Source: Octopus vulgaris (taxonomy: Eukaryota). Taken from it: a stretch of DNA of 64,000 nucleotides. Below, in pieces: positions 27,803 to 40,827 of the stretch (positions are counted from its first letter, which is position 1; each line of letters starts with the position of its first letter). The translations under genes were made by a program, and so were the position numbers. Under the pieces are notes generated by a model. That model was not told the DNA's origin and searched no databases. It saw only the letters and a list, made by a program, of their open reading frames with translations. The stretch covers positions 98,704,001 to 98,768,000 of the forward strand of contig OX597815.1 in NCBI GenBank assembly GCA_951406725.2, read 5' to 3'.

Positions 27803-28090
27803 CATGGCTTAGTGGTTATGGTGTTGCACTCACGATTGCAAGATCGTGGGTTTGATCCCAGACCGGGCGTTGCGTTGTGTTCCTGAAAAATACTTTATTT
27901 CGCGTTGCTCTGCGATCATTTCTTCTTATAACATGTGCCCCATGGTGCACCTGTGCAGGTAAAGTCGATTTGATGGAGAGAGGTATTTATGTGTGCACCA
28001 ACATTTGATCAGTATAAACAAATAATCTGTGTGGTTGTTCAGCAAGAAATTGCCGAAACTTTATACATCGTGTTACAACAGGAGTCCAAG
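27802..28090 (+). mobile_element. tRNA-derived SINE, CORE-like body, tail G
   Basis: GCATGGCTTAGTGGTT...GGTTTGATCCCAGACCGGG, then ACTTTATTTCGCGTTGCTC, then a tail unlike B or C. Confidence 0.75.
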
Positions 28091-29599
28091 ATGTTATATG
28101 TACGTACGTATGTATACATACATACATACATACATACATACATACATACATACATACATACATACATACATACATACATACATACATACATACATACACA
28201 CACACCTATATTCATAATGTGAAAAACAAATCGCAACCCATAAAATAGAAGGACTTCTCTCTTTACTGGAATAAATGTAGCGCATGTTATCAAGTGAGAA
28301 TATATTTATTAAATCTCTTTCAGATGGAGAAATACAGTGCTCGAAATTTTACTCAAGGCATTATCGGTTATGGTGAGGCTGGATGCATGATTTAAGTGCT
28401 TCCAATGGAGTGGAATCATTTAAAGCCATCCAGTGCTAAGACGTTGTTATTAGACCAGTTGACAAATTAAGATTAATATGCAATATATCATACAATCAAT
28501 CAGACGAGTATCCACAAAATTTCAGATTAACAAAATCCACATGCAAAGTTTTGAAAATCGAACGCACGGGAAAGTAGTTACGATACAAATCTCTTAACCA
28601 CATAGCTATAGACGTTTTGAAAGCAGGTATGTTTTAAGGAAAGCTAAGTGTAACAAAATAAATAAATATAATCCAAATGAAAATATTTTTTAAAAAAAGG
28701 ATAAAGGAGAGAAAGTGTTTCTATTGAATAAAGAGACTAATTATTGGATATATCGTTGATGAGTCATTTCCTGTGTATTTATTTTGGAAGGAAGTATCTT
28801 GTGCCCATGTTTGTTCGGATTATTTCTCATGCTTATAAGTTAAATATGCAGAATACAATTAATATCTAAGCAAGTAATTATGTAGTGGGCAGAACTGGAT
28901 GAATTACCATTCTTCCTTTTCTTCTTATTTCTCTCCTTTCTTCGTTTTTCCTTTTTGCTTTCTTTATTGCTTTTCAAGTTATGCGGATCAGCAACCATTG
29001 ATACATTTCAGCGTCTTCATTCAGTCAACACCAACAACCGCAGACTTGATTTCCAAAAGTTGCCTTCTATAACTCTAAAAGCTGGCTATATACATAAATA
29101 TATCTAACACAACACTTTGTATATGTGTCTAAATAGAGTGTGAGTATACACGTCTATTAAAATATGTTTGCCTGTATGTATACGTGCATTCATGTGTTTG
29201 CACGCGTGTTTGTGTGTGAGTATTCATGTGTAGGAGTGTATATGTATAAGCAGCTCTTTTTTTAAACACTTCTTTGTAAACTGTTTCTCGTTGCGTGAAT
29301 CGAATAATATCCTTTAATGAAACGAAAATAACCGTTCTATTAACACCTCGTTCCGTTTGTTTAGAAATATCGATTTGGAATGGCATCAATATAGAGAGAT
29401 TTTCCCAATCAGCTAAATCTTTCTTTGCTAATTTCCGAATAGAAAATGCCGATCTGACGTTCTCAATGGAGCTATTATACAAGATTCTTCACTGGAGGCG
29501 TTCATGCAATAATAGGCAACATGTAAAATATAGAAGGATAAACATTCACACAAACACACACGCGCACGTTCACACACATATACACATACCTAGATATAT

Positions 29600-30625
29600 C
29601 CATACATATTAACCTGCCATACATATGTATGTGTGTATATATATATATATATAAGTGTGTGTGTGTGTATAATATATATGTATGTATGTATATATATATG
29701 CATATTTATACATATATATTTGTATATATATATATATATATATATATATGCGTATGTATATATATATATGTATGTATGTATGTATGTAAGTGTATATATG
29801 AACGTAAACGTGTATATATGATACTTATACATTTGTAAATCTTTATATATAATCTCGTATATCCGTGTGCATGCAGAAACAGTCTACAAACAGATACATA
29901 CTTACATGAATGTACATATACACACGTAAATCTGTACAGATACATGTATGAACGTATGTGCATACATGTATGTTGGTGTGTGCTTCTGTGCGCGTGCGTG
30001 CATGCATGCGCGCGTGTATGCATGTATATTGGTGTGTGTGTATGTGTGTGTAGTGTGTATATGCTTTCATATTCATACGCAGTTATACGCTATATGTATG
30101 CATGCAAACGTACATACATACATACATACAAACATAAATACATACATACATACATACATACATACAAACATACGTACATACATACATACATACATACATA
30201 CATACATACATACATACATACATACATACATACATACATACATACATGCATACATACTGTTACAGACACGGAGGGTGAAAGTGTGATGGGGGGAAATACC
30301 GTTATGAATAGTGAGAATTATATTCAGTTATTTTACTTTGGTTAAGGTATTAGTGTTGTATATGTTATTTCTATTACATCGTTTAATCTGAGGAGACAAA
30401 ATAGGCGTCTGCATTGACAGTTGCAGTGACAATCACAATACACGTACAATGATAGCAGGGACGGTATTGTGAGGGTAAATGTGGTGAGAATGCCAAAACG
30501 GTGGCGTTAAGGAAGTATATCGTTCGGTATTGTTCATAGAATATATTTAAATATTTCGAGGGTAAAGTAGCGAAAGCTCTTCTTTGTTTGTTTGTTTTGT
30601 TTCTTTCCTTATTTATTTATTTATG

Positions 30626-30684
<59 letters not shown>

Positions 30685-30880
30685 TCTCTCATTCCCCCCT
30701 CTCTCACTCTCGCTGGATCTTTATATGTATATATGTATATATGTTTTGGGTGTGTATGCGTGTATGTATGTATATATATATATATATATATATATTTGTA
30801 TATATATATATGTATATATATATGTATATATGTGTGTATATATATATATATATTTGTATATATATATATGTATATATATG

Positions 30881-30921
<41 letters not shown>

Positions 30922-30971
30922 GTCTGCACATGTATATGTATGTATATATCGCATATATCTGTATATATATG

Positions 30972-31048
<77 letters not shown>

Positions 31049-31125
31049 GAATGATTTAGAAATATATGCATATAGACAAACATATATGTACATACCTACA
31101 TCTATATGTACATATACATGCATAT
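29600..31125. repeat. Microsatellite fields (TA)n, (CATA)n, (CT)n with a short unique island at 30260-30590
   Basis: Seen directly. Confidence 0.9.
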
Positions 31126-31600
31126 ATGGGTACAGGACATCAAAAAAAGGTTGAACACAATGAGAAACGAAAACAAAAACAAAAACATGGAAACGAATTT
31201 TTTTTCAAACAACGAGAAAACAGTACAAGACATACAACACAAGGAATAGTCCCCTTCTTCAGTTGTCCATGTTTCATCTACTCCACGATTTCGAAGGTAA
31301 GGAGAAGAAGCGACTTCGTTGAAACAGTCCTTCCTGCAAAGCAAATTAAATAAAATTTGGGATTTTTTGCGGGGGTGGAGGTAAAGTGGTAACAAAAACA
31401 GGACAGTAAAAACAATAAAAGTAAAAACAGTAAAAGGCAGAACAAAGAGAATAACACAGTAAAAACAAACGATGAGGGCTGTTAGGCCAAGACGATGGAA
31501 AAAATTATTCTGAACGCTTATGAGAGAGACAGGATAAGTGGTTTGGTCTTGGTGAAGATAGCAGTTAGAAAGGTGGCTTCTATGATCAGGTGTCAGTGAT
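31126..31600. mobile_element. Unclassified A-rich interspersed element next to (TA)n (PLE-terminus-like)
   Basis: A unique block starts abruptly in the TA tract. The minus strand contains CTGAAGAA plus a hairpin but no properly placed GAAA. Confidence 0.35.
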
Positions 31601-32034
31601 GAGAGAGTCGAGGAGAAGGAGGAGTAAGATATAGTGAACGGTGAAGGGGAGAGGAGAAGAATAGGGAAGTGTGGGAGTGAAAAACAGAAAGGATGAAAAA
31701 CAAGAGAGGGAGAGAAATAAACAGAGGATATATATATAGGTTCATTGATTTCATTTCACGAAATTGTTTAAAGTTAGAATGGCTAGCAGAGTATGCATGG
31801 ATCATGTATGTATGTATGTATGTATGTATGTATGTATGTATGTATGTATGTATGTATGTATGCATGCATGTATATATGTATCTATGTATGTGTGTATGTA
31901 TGAATGTATGTATGCATAAATACATGAATATATGTATGTATTTATGCATGTGTGCATGGATGTATGTTTGCATACATGTATGTATTCTCATGTGTATAGT
32001 GTCATATCTGGACATGCTCATATATATACTTAAA

Positions 32035-33085
32035 CGATAAATTTCTAGAAAGTTTTACGGATTTTTATAGTTCCAATGATGCCTTGGATCAATGAGCTTT
32101 TCCTTTCTGATTTTGAGATGTATATGTTCTCGAGATTGCTACTTAATGGCTGTGGTTCTCGAGATTGCTACTTAATGACTGTGTTACATATCCCAGTGTC
32201 CCAATAATTACAGGTATAAACATGATCTTATAATCTGGATAGAGTGACTGTAGATTTCTCAATAGTCTGACCTAGGTATTTTCTTTTTCGCTGATCTTTA
32301 GCATCATGTTAACATTTGTTGGGTATACTGTATACAGTTTCTCTACTCTCTCCCAAACCCCTATTTTGACATTTTATTGAGGTTTTCAATGGAATATTCC
32401 ACCAGTACTCCTTTTCATTGTGGGTGGCTATGGCTTCCACCATGCTCTGGGTTTTTATTTCTTTGTCCTCGGGTTTATCCTTTCGACGGATCTCGTTATA
32501 CAGATCTTGCTATAACGTCATGTCTCATCGGTACATAAAACCGTGATGATATTTTCGGACAACTGCTCATGATGTGGGCGAGATCTTCAAGTCTGCATCG
32601 GTTGTCAAGTTTTGTTGCTTATCCTGCATCTCAGTGCATTTTTTGCATCAAGTATTCGGCTGATGTCTCCTGATCCTGGTTTTCAAACGCATACCCTTCA
32701 AATTGGAAGGTAGTAATCCGTTTGTTGGTCCATGATAGATTGTTTTGATGATCAGTGTTACTCTCATCTCGAAGCTTTCTACTATCACATCCATGCATAG
32801 TCTTCTGTTGATGTAAGCACATCCTTACATATGATGATGCATTGTGGTAAAGTCATGCGACTTCTTTGGGTATGTATCTAAGGTAATCAGACAAGGAATG
32901 CTGCTAAAGTAGCTGCTTTCCAAGTCACATGGTATTATCAGCCTCATTTATGCAAACTTGGTCAAGGGATTCACTTCGACACTTGAGGGTTAAAAGATGT
33001 AGCCGAATGTATATGATACAACATTCAAAGGCAGTCTGGATTGAGGTTAAACCTGTTTCTCCTTGTTTTTGTTTTGTTGATGCCG
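32035..33085 (-). mobile_element. R4/Dong-type LINE remnant (third family): post-RT region, CCHC knuckle, REL C-terminus
   Basis: Minus-strand translations: MHG...LSW...FEGYAFENQDQE, RCRL..EDLAHIMSSCPKISSRFYVPMRHD, FIPVIIGTLGY and IIGTIKIRKTF. Confidence 0.8.
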
Positions 33086-34329
33086 CAATTATGTGCTATA
33101 TATATATGTATGCATGTATGTATTTTATATGTATGTATGTATGCAATCATAGAAAAATAGATATTTGGATGGATGGATGGATGGATGGATGGACATGATG
33201 ATTGTTCATGGATGATGGAAAGTATGATGATGATGATGAGGGGGAGGATGGGGAGGAGGAGGAGGAGGTGGAGGAACTTTTTTCGGAGGAAACATCATCA
33301 GGCTGTGTAAAAGAATGGTTGTTTCGATCGAATATTGTTGTAGACAAGAATGAGAAGGCGCTGGACAAAGGTACTTGCAGTATTATGACCCTACTGATTC
33401 CAATTATATAACTGCGAATGATAGAATAAGTCTCTATTGCATAATATAATTATCCTCACCCCTTTTCTTCCACCCAAACATTTATTCTTGTGTGGTACAT
33501 TTGAAATCGATAAATTCATGCTTTTTCAGTAATTTTAAATACATATCAGTGTATGCTTCAATACTACAACTTATTCCAATAATTCAATATTTCAATATTG
33601 ATTTGCGTCTTCCAAAGAATTTAAGGTTTTGTGTCATGTGTCGTGCATGAATATAGAGACTTTAGCTGATTACAGTTATTGTGATAGTAGCCATTGTTCG
33701 CCTCGATGTTGGCGTTACTTTTGTCATTGTGGTTTTGAAGATGTATATATCACCTTACATCATATATTAATATCTCTTTATAGCATATTCTTCATTTCCT
33801 CTGTGAACTATAACATTTAACGCAATTCACTATCTTCAGAAATTGGGTAAATCTACAGGTTATTTTTTGCCATTACCATGACAAGATTCACCTTTTTCTA
33901 CTGTCTCATCAGATGAAATAGTTTACGTATTTTTTTAATTTTCGTTTAGAAGTAATTATCTATTGATCAATGCAAAGCATAGGCAAACATCTCGATTCTA
34001 TTAAGCTTCATTATTCTATATATAATGTAAAATGTGTTCAAATTACTTGAAACAACTATGTGACCAACAAGGAGAAGAGGGATCGCTACGTAGTGATTTA
34101 ATCTAGAATTAGCGGCTGAAATCTTGTCTAAAAATACGATGAATATAAATCCCAAACCAGTAAAGAACGCATTCTATACAATATCTAAGGGAAAAGAAAT
34201 AAATATAGTCTGTAATCGATACAAGGTACAGTTAGAAGGTACTGTTAGAGACAAGCTGATGCTAAACGACAATAACATTATAAGAATTACAGTTGTCTCT
34301 ATGAAAATTATAGAAAATAAACATATTGT

Positions 34330-34450
34330 AATTAAGTAAGGTTGAAAATTGGTTGAGTCATCAGAGACTTGTGGTGTTGATTCTGGATACTTAGGCTCTG
34401 GACGCAGAAGGTAACTTTGCCTTTCATCCCTCCGTGACCGATAAATAAGA
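34330..34450 (+). mobile_element. SINE family A, degenerate
   Basis: AACTTTGCCTTTCATCCCTCCGTGACCGATAAATAAG core domain. Confidence 0.6.
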
Positions 34451-34499
34451 TTCCATTTCACTAACGAGAACAATCTACCTCTTCCTCCTCCTCCCCTCC

Positions 34500-34632
<133 letters not shown>

Positions 34633-34682
34633 ATCTTTCTCTTTCTTCTTTTCCTTCCTGTTTTTCTCCTTCGCCTCCTCTC

Positions 34683-34900
34683 CCATCCTCCTACTCCGCC
34701 CGTGATCCACTTCGTTTCATGTACCATGAGAAGGACTGACTTAAAACTTCGAGTTTCTCAACAGATGAAGAGGTTGTGAGCAAGGAAGAAGAAACTATCC
34801 AAAGCCGGTTCGACAAGTAGCACAACATAAACTGTAAATAATGAAGAATATTTTTTTCATACAACACCGTAACAGATATAGTCACAAAGAACTTTACGTG
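34683..34900 (+). mobile_element. Highly decayed mariner transposase C-terminal fragment
   Basis: Traces of HPPYS and FSTDEEVVS occur in the expected order. Confidence 0.3.
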
Positions 34901-36219
34901 ACATGTATACGCTTTTCCAAAGTATCATATACTGTGAACAAGGATTTCTAAAAAAAAATATCATAAAACAACTGGAATGTCTTCAACGTGGTCATCTAGC
35001 TACCCATTTTAATATGAAACTGTGATAAAGGGCTGCATATTCCTTCCTACATTCTTCATCGTCTCAATTATTATGCTCGTATGGATAACAAAAGACTTTG
35101 CTAAGGATGATGACCAGTGCATCTCTTATCTTACCAAATATTTTGCAAATATTGTTCCTTATGCAGACAATGTAACAATTGCTTAGAAATGATACTTCAC
35201 TTCGTAACACAGACTTAACCGTGTAGTATATCGCACAGCTTCTAGGCACTGCAGATCTCTTGGGATTTAAATCAATTTAGGACAAATGTCATCCGTACAT
35301 CAACAAAGGAGAGTCAATGGTTACAACGTTACATTACATATACATACTGTAAGTCATGTCATATAACGACATAATCATCAATTCTGCAAGATATTTGTTA
35401 CTTGATTAGGTTACCTTCGAGGATTTCTATGCACATACATTTCTATCCATCGTGCATATATACATGCTTACACTGTACAAGCCCAGTCTCTTGTTAAAAT
35501 AAAGTAGAAACATTAGTCTAAATGCATGATTTGAATTTTATTCTGCCTAGCGTCCTCTTTGAGCTTTTCTTGGGAATTCACTGTTTCTATATACTTTAAA
35601 GTGACTGAGGCGATTCATGTCAGAGGTGACCCGAGTGCGTGAGACTGACAAGGCGCAATAACGGTGAAATACATATCTATCATTAACGTGGGTGGTTTTT
35701 AGGAGGATTTTGTTTCGTCTAACTCTTACGTATATTGTGTTCACGACACACCACATATATATTGGGATCTTTCCCTAAACAACCACTGCACCTTAGACTT
35801 ATCAATTCACATATATATATATATATAAGAGTATGGATGTGTGTAGAACAGTACGTGTATATGTAGGTGAGTAGCTATGCATAGACACTTATATATCTAT
35901 GCGTGCATATTCTGACTACACCTGTTTATGAGAGTGCCACAGTGGATACGTTTGCGTACACGGAAACGTGCGTTTCTGAAATCATAAGAACAATTACATA
36001 TTCGTGTTACTTTTATGTACAAAAAGAAACAATTTGGAAATCTATAAAAACTTGATTAAATCTCCATATGCTCATACGAATTAAGATTATATATAATGTA
36101 ATAGATGTGTCTATCTTATGAGAGATCTAAATGTGCTGCTATTTAAATATATATATTGCTGTTTACATTGCTAGTAATTCAATAAAAACTTACGATGTTT
36201 GTAGAAATATATCATTACA

Positions 36220-37328
36220 ACTTATATGAATGTTTATGTGTGTGTATATACATATATACATATGCACACACATCTGTATATATATATGTGAGTGTGTCTG
36301 TGTGTGTATGTATATATATATATATGTGTGTGTGTATGTATATATGTATATATACATGTATGTATACCTGTATGTATGTACGTACGTATGTTATATGCAT
36401 ATATATATATATGTAATTTATATAAATAAATAGATACATACAAGGATTAATACATATTCTTATCAATCTATTTAAGTTTATAAATGTATATGTTCTTAAG
36501 TTTTTACCTATGTACCTATATATTTATGGATGGACCTATGTATTTATGCATGGATATATGAGTGTTTGTTCGCGTTTGCATATTCATATATATTTCTATA
36601 TATTTATATATACATGTATTAATGGGAATATACATATACATACATACCTATATGTATGTGTGTCTGTATGTGTGTATACATGTATACACATTATATAAAT
36701 ATAAGCATCTTCGTTTACGTTTACATCTATAGGTGTGGTTGTATGTGCATTTATATATGTTTTTTTTTTTTTGTGCCTATATATATATCAAATTATATAT
36801 ACGTACAAACTCGCAGACACACAGATACACACACTGTCACACACACACACATAGATATATGTATGTATATATATATGCATATGAAGATAAGTATTTCTTT
36901 GCTATAACATTTAAGTATGCCAGTCAACATATTAAAGCAGGTATGTTACGTAAAAAACCCATAAGTCTAGAGTAATAATATATTTTTATCAACAAATTTC
37001 TTGTGAAATATATTGATTATTTAGTATATCACTCAATTATACGAGTTGTGATACGAATGGAATGAATGTAAATGAAACGATAAAAACTATAAGCCGGGTT
37101 GGCTACAAAAAATATACACCCCGTACCACACACACACACACACAGATACACACAAAAAACTCACATACATACATACATATAAGTATATATATTTGTGTCT
37201 ATTTCATATTTTATGTACATATATATTTATGTATTCATCTAGATGTGCATATATATATATATATGTATATGCATATATATGAACATATGTATGTGTATAC
37301 ATATAGATATATACACATAGATATGTAT

Positions 37329-37362
<34 letters not shown>

Positions 37363-37381
37363 ACATACAAACATGCATACA

Positions 37382-37432
<51 letters not shown>
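36220..37432. repeat. (TA)n/(TG)n/(CA)n microsatellite fields
   Basis: Seen directly. Confidence 0.9.
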
Positions 37433-37434
<2 letters not shown>

Positions 37435-38008
37435 GATATGTAGATAAGCGTTTGTATACGAAGCAAGAAAATCAATGGGACAATTGTGATTCAGATTGCA
37501 GATAACGGTAAATCGTTAGCGTTTAACAACGTGTATTATTGAATTAGGATTAAGTTTTCGCATAATTGTTATAGAATATTTCTTATATATTAAGATATGA
37601 AAGCTAACTATAGCACAAACAATAACAAAGCACTGATAAAGTTTAAGGATGTAAAGGAATACATTGCAAGTTTGAATATAACATGTTTAATACTCAAAAG
37701 TAAATTACTCTCTTTCACTTATACGATTTCATCAGTGTCTATTCATATTTCATCAGCTAATGTTGTCGAAGAAGCGACTATAGATCATCCGGCCTACCTG
37801 TAATATTTCAAACCAACTTGAGTCCGTTCTTTTCTAGATCTAATAAAGTTCATCTTTGTGTCATGAAAATGTTCGGTTTGCAACCATAGTTATTTCGATT
37901 CTTTTCAACAACGCATCTTCTTGAGCAAAAGTCTACCTTCTATAGCCCCGAACCAAACAGCACTTGTAAATGAATTTGTTAGATAAACACTGTCTCGCTA
38001 TCTGTCTG

Positions 38009-38147
<139 letters not shown>

Positions 38148-38166
38148 GTCTGTCTATCTCTTTCTC

Positions 38167-38235
<69 letters not shown>

Positions 38236-38289
38236 ATGTGTGTATATAAGATTACATTAATATTCTAGTAGGAAAAACTCTAGTAACTG

Positions 38290-38570
38290 TAGTGCAGAGA
38301 CCGTGAAGAGCACAATGGAGAGCATCCAGCACATAGCTAACTCCATCCACCGAAGTATCAAAGCCACTATAGATTACCCTACTAGCCACCCTAACAATAG
38401 AATCCCTGACCTTGATACGGAACTTTCGTTAGAGACTGGGAACAACAGAGTGCAGCTCCTCCACTCATATTACATGAAACCCATAACTTCTAAATATGTT
38501 GTTCACAAGAACGCAGCTTTGTTGCACCACATGAAAATCAACATACTGATGAACTCCATGCACCGCATGC
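38290..38570 (+). mobile_element. Penelope-like (Neptune-type) RT C-terminal/thumb fragment
   Basis: TMESIQHIANSIHRSIKATIDYPTSHPNNRIPDLD...YYMKP...KINILMNSMHR matches the PLE late-RT and thumb pattern. Confidence 0.7.
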
Positions 38571-38589
38571 GATTCTCTGTATATGACCA

Positions 38590-38858
38590 GATAGATAGGT
38601 GAACTTGTTCACCACGTTCAGTCTCTGCCCGTTGATGGTGATGTTGGGTTCAACGTAGGGCTTGGTTGGAGCTGGCTGATACATTACCTCAGTCATTTTT
38701 GTATTGATAGTAAGGCCAAAGTTATTGCAGGCGCCAGAGAACAAATCAACGCTGTGCTGCATGTTGGACTCAGTGGCAGCATTGAGAGCGCAGTCATTGG
38801 CGAACAGGAGGTCGTTGACGGTGTCTTCTGAAACCTTGGTTTTCGCTTTGAGCCTCCC
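38590..38858 (-). mobile_element. RTE (BovB-like) LINE reverse transcriptase fragment
   Basis: RLKAKTKVSEDTVNDLLFANDCAL...FSGACNNFGLTINTKMTEVMYQPAP...LNVVNKFTYL. The catalytic FADD is mutated to FAND. Confidence 0.9.
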
Positions 38859-39289
38859 GTATATATATATATATATATATATATTACGCTTCGTGCAAAT
38901 TTATAATTCATAGCTATTTAATGCACCTATGTCACTGCTGGTGATATTATCAAATTTAAAATGTATCCACAGATGATATGAACAGTAGTGACATATGATT
39001 TCAAATCTCAGTGTTTGAATGTTTTGCTTAAAAATTGTATGCACCATGTGCTCTGTTTTTGGCACAAAACAAAACCAGTTGCACTGTCAGAGTTTAACGT
39101 GACAGTTATGGATTATTACCCGGTAGGCCACACTGTCGAGGTTCAGGGTTTAATTACCCAAAAACCGAAACCTGGTTTGTGGATATTCCTAATTGCATTT
39201 AAAACTTTGTAAGTTTTCCTCCAATTTTTTTTCTATAACATCATACTTTCATAGCAATAATAGTGGAACACTACATTATTATAACCGAT

Positions 39290-39555
39290 TTCAGGACATC
39301 CGTATACCGCAAGCTGGCCTTCACTGGACGATACCTCAACTTCAGCTCCCACCATCCATACAGTGTAAAGAGAGGGATTGCTCAGTGCCTAAAACATCGA
39401 GCAATGAATATAAGTAGAAATGATCAAGCTCAGTAACAATCTATTAAGCAACAACTACCCGCCAAAGCATATTCTCCACTCCAATTAGGAAGTAAAGAGA
39501 GGATGAAAGCGATAAACTACCCTATGTGAAAGGCCTCTCCGAAAAGATACAAAAA
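39290..39555 (+). mobile_element. Penelope-like fragment, inverted relative to 40375-40672
   Basis: RTSVYRKLAFTGRYLNFSSHHPYSVKRGIAQCLKHRA. It is the reverse complement of part of the neighbouring PLE, with deletions. Confidence 0.85.
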
Positions 39556-39723
39556 TGTTTCACTTCCTTTTAAAAAATGAAAATTTTCTGAATTTTTAAC
39601 TATATCCTTATTATTCATTATAAACTCTGAATTTCCTTGCCTAGAACTTTCATGCATACTCACCTTGTACTTTATTTACATTATTTATATTTCACGAATA
39701 TTTGTCTTCATCTTGTTTGTTGT

Positions 39724-39770
39724 TAACACAACGTTTCGGCTGATATACCCTCCAGCCTTCATCAGGTGTC
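39724..39770 (-). ncRNA. Minimal hammerhead ribozyme in the PLE 3' terminus
   Basis: GACAC-CTGATGA-A-GGCTG(GAGGGTATAT)CAGCC-GAAAC-GTT-GTGTT. Stems I and II are present, with a palindromic AACGTT in place of stem III as in PLE minimal HHRs. Confidence 0.85.
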
Positions 39771-39835
39771 TTGAGGACATTTCGAACCTGGGTCCTCATT
39801 CCTAAGGTATTTTTCGATATTATTATTATTATTTT

Positions 39836-39905
39836 TACTGCCTGAAATCGAACTCGGAATCTTGGGGTTAGTAGCCCGCGCTACTAAACACTACGCCATA
39901 TGCCC
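39836..39905 (-). promoter_or_regulatory. tRNA-like Pol III cassette (A and B boxes) inside the PLE 3'UTR
   Basis: GGGCATA-TGGCGTAGTGTTTAG-TAGCGC-GGG(CTACTAA)CCC-CAAGATTCC-GAGTTCGATTT-CAGG. The acceptor and T stems pair poorly, so it is not a functional tRNA. Confidence 0.7.
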
Positions 39906-40827
39906 GTGAACAATTATGGAGTGAATTTTAGGGCTTATAAATCTAATATTCTCCTATCCTTCCTTAATACCGGTTCCCATATGCTGTTCATAACTGCACT
40001 CGGTCTGCTTAAGAGGTTGTTGTGTCCTAGTATATGTGCTACTTCTTTTAGTTTTCGTATTTTCCAGTGGTATTCTCTGTCTATTATCTTAACTTCATCC
40101 CACCGAGGGAGGTGGTCTCCGTTTTTCCATGCATGATCAGCTATACCCGATTTATCAATATCTCCTCGTGTCACAACTTTACGATGTTCCTCTACCCTTA
40201 TTTTAAAGGGTCGGAATATTTCGCCTTTGTATAACCAACCACAGCTGCATGGGATAGAGTACACGCAGTCTTTGGTCATATTCTCTTCTATTGGTGGTTT
40301 TACTCGAAGGAGATATCTGTGAAGTGTTGCATTACGTTTGAATACTGTCCTCATGTCATATAGGCCGAATATCTTTTGTATCTTTTCGGAGAGACCTTTC
40401 ACATAGGGTAGACAGACTGTAAACAGTTTATCGATTTCATCCTCTCTTTTCATCCTAATTGGAGTGGAGAGTATGATTTCGGGGTAGTTATTGCTTAATA
40501 GATTGTTACTGAGCTTGATCATTTCTTCGTGGTGGGTATCACGATCGCTACTTATATTCATTGCTCAATGTTTTAGGCACTGAGCAATCTCTCTCTATAC
40601 ACTGTATGGATGTTGGGAGTTGAAGTTGAGGTATCGTCCAGTGAAGGCCGGCTTGCGGTATACAGATGTCCTTGATCAATTCTGTGAAGTGGGTAGAATT
40701 CTTCACGTACGATGTTGACTTTCCCGCTAATTGATTGATTATATCCACAAAGAATCGATTCAGTGGATGACATGTTGAACCTCTACAGCTCACTATAGGT
40801 TTTAATGGAATGTCATCCTTGTGAATG

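Larger units (their letters stand above)
39667..40827 (-). mobile_element. Penelope-like element (Penelope/Poseidon-type), internally deleted: RT N-terminus, thumb, GIY-YIG, 3' terminus
   Basis: IHKDDIPLKPIVSCRGS...VKNSTHF; TSVYRKP..TGRYLNF; LPYVKGLSEKI; CVYSIPCSCGWLYKGE..RPFKIRVEEHR..SGIADH..RKLKE. The ORF ends at 39935. Confidence 0.92.

Noticed and set aside
29129-29612. Overlapping ~110-aa ORFs on both strands
   Set aside because: No recognisable family, partly low-complexity, and no supporting splice signals.
32125-32183. Short tandem duplication of GTTCTCGAGATTGCTACTTAATG (also a ~20-bp duplication at ~17724)
   Set aside because: It is an ordinary local slippage event in decayed sequence.
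33270-33305. CTGATGA...GAAA on the minus strand (similar hits at ~30388, 33835, 33905, 37730, 44298)
   Set aside because: Either stem II or the GAAA box is missing in each case.
39836-39905. Functional tRNA gene (and likewise the SINE heads)
   Set aside because: The acceptor and T stems do not pair, and the sequences are embedded in mobile elements.
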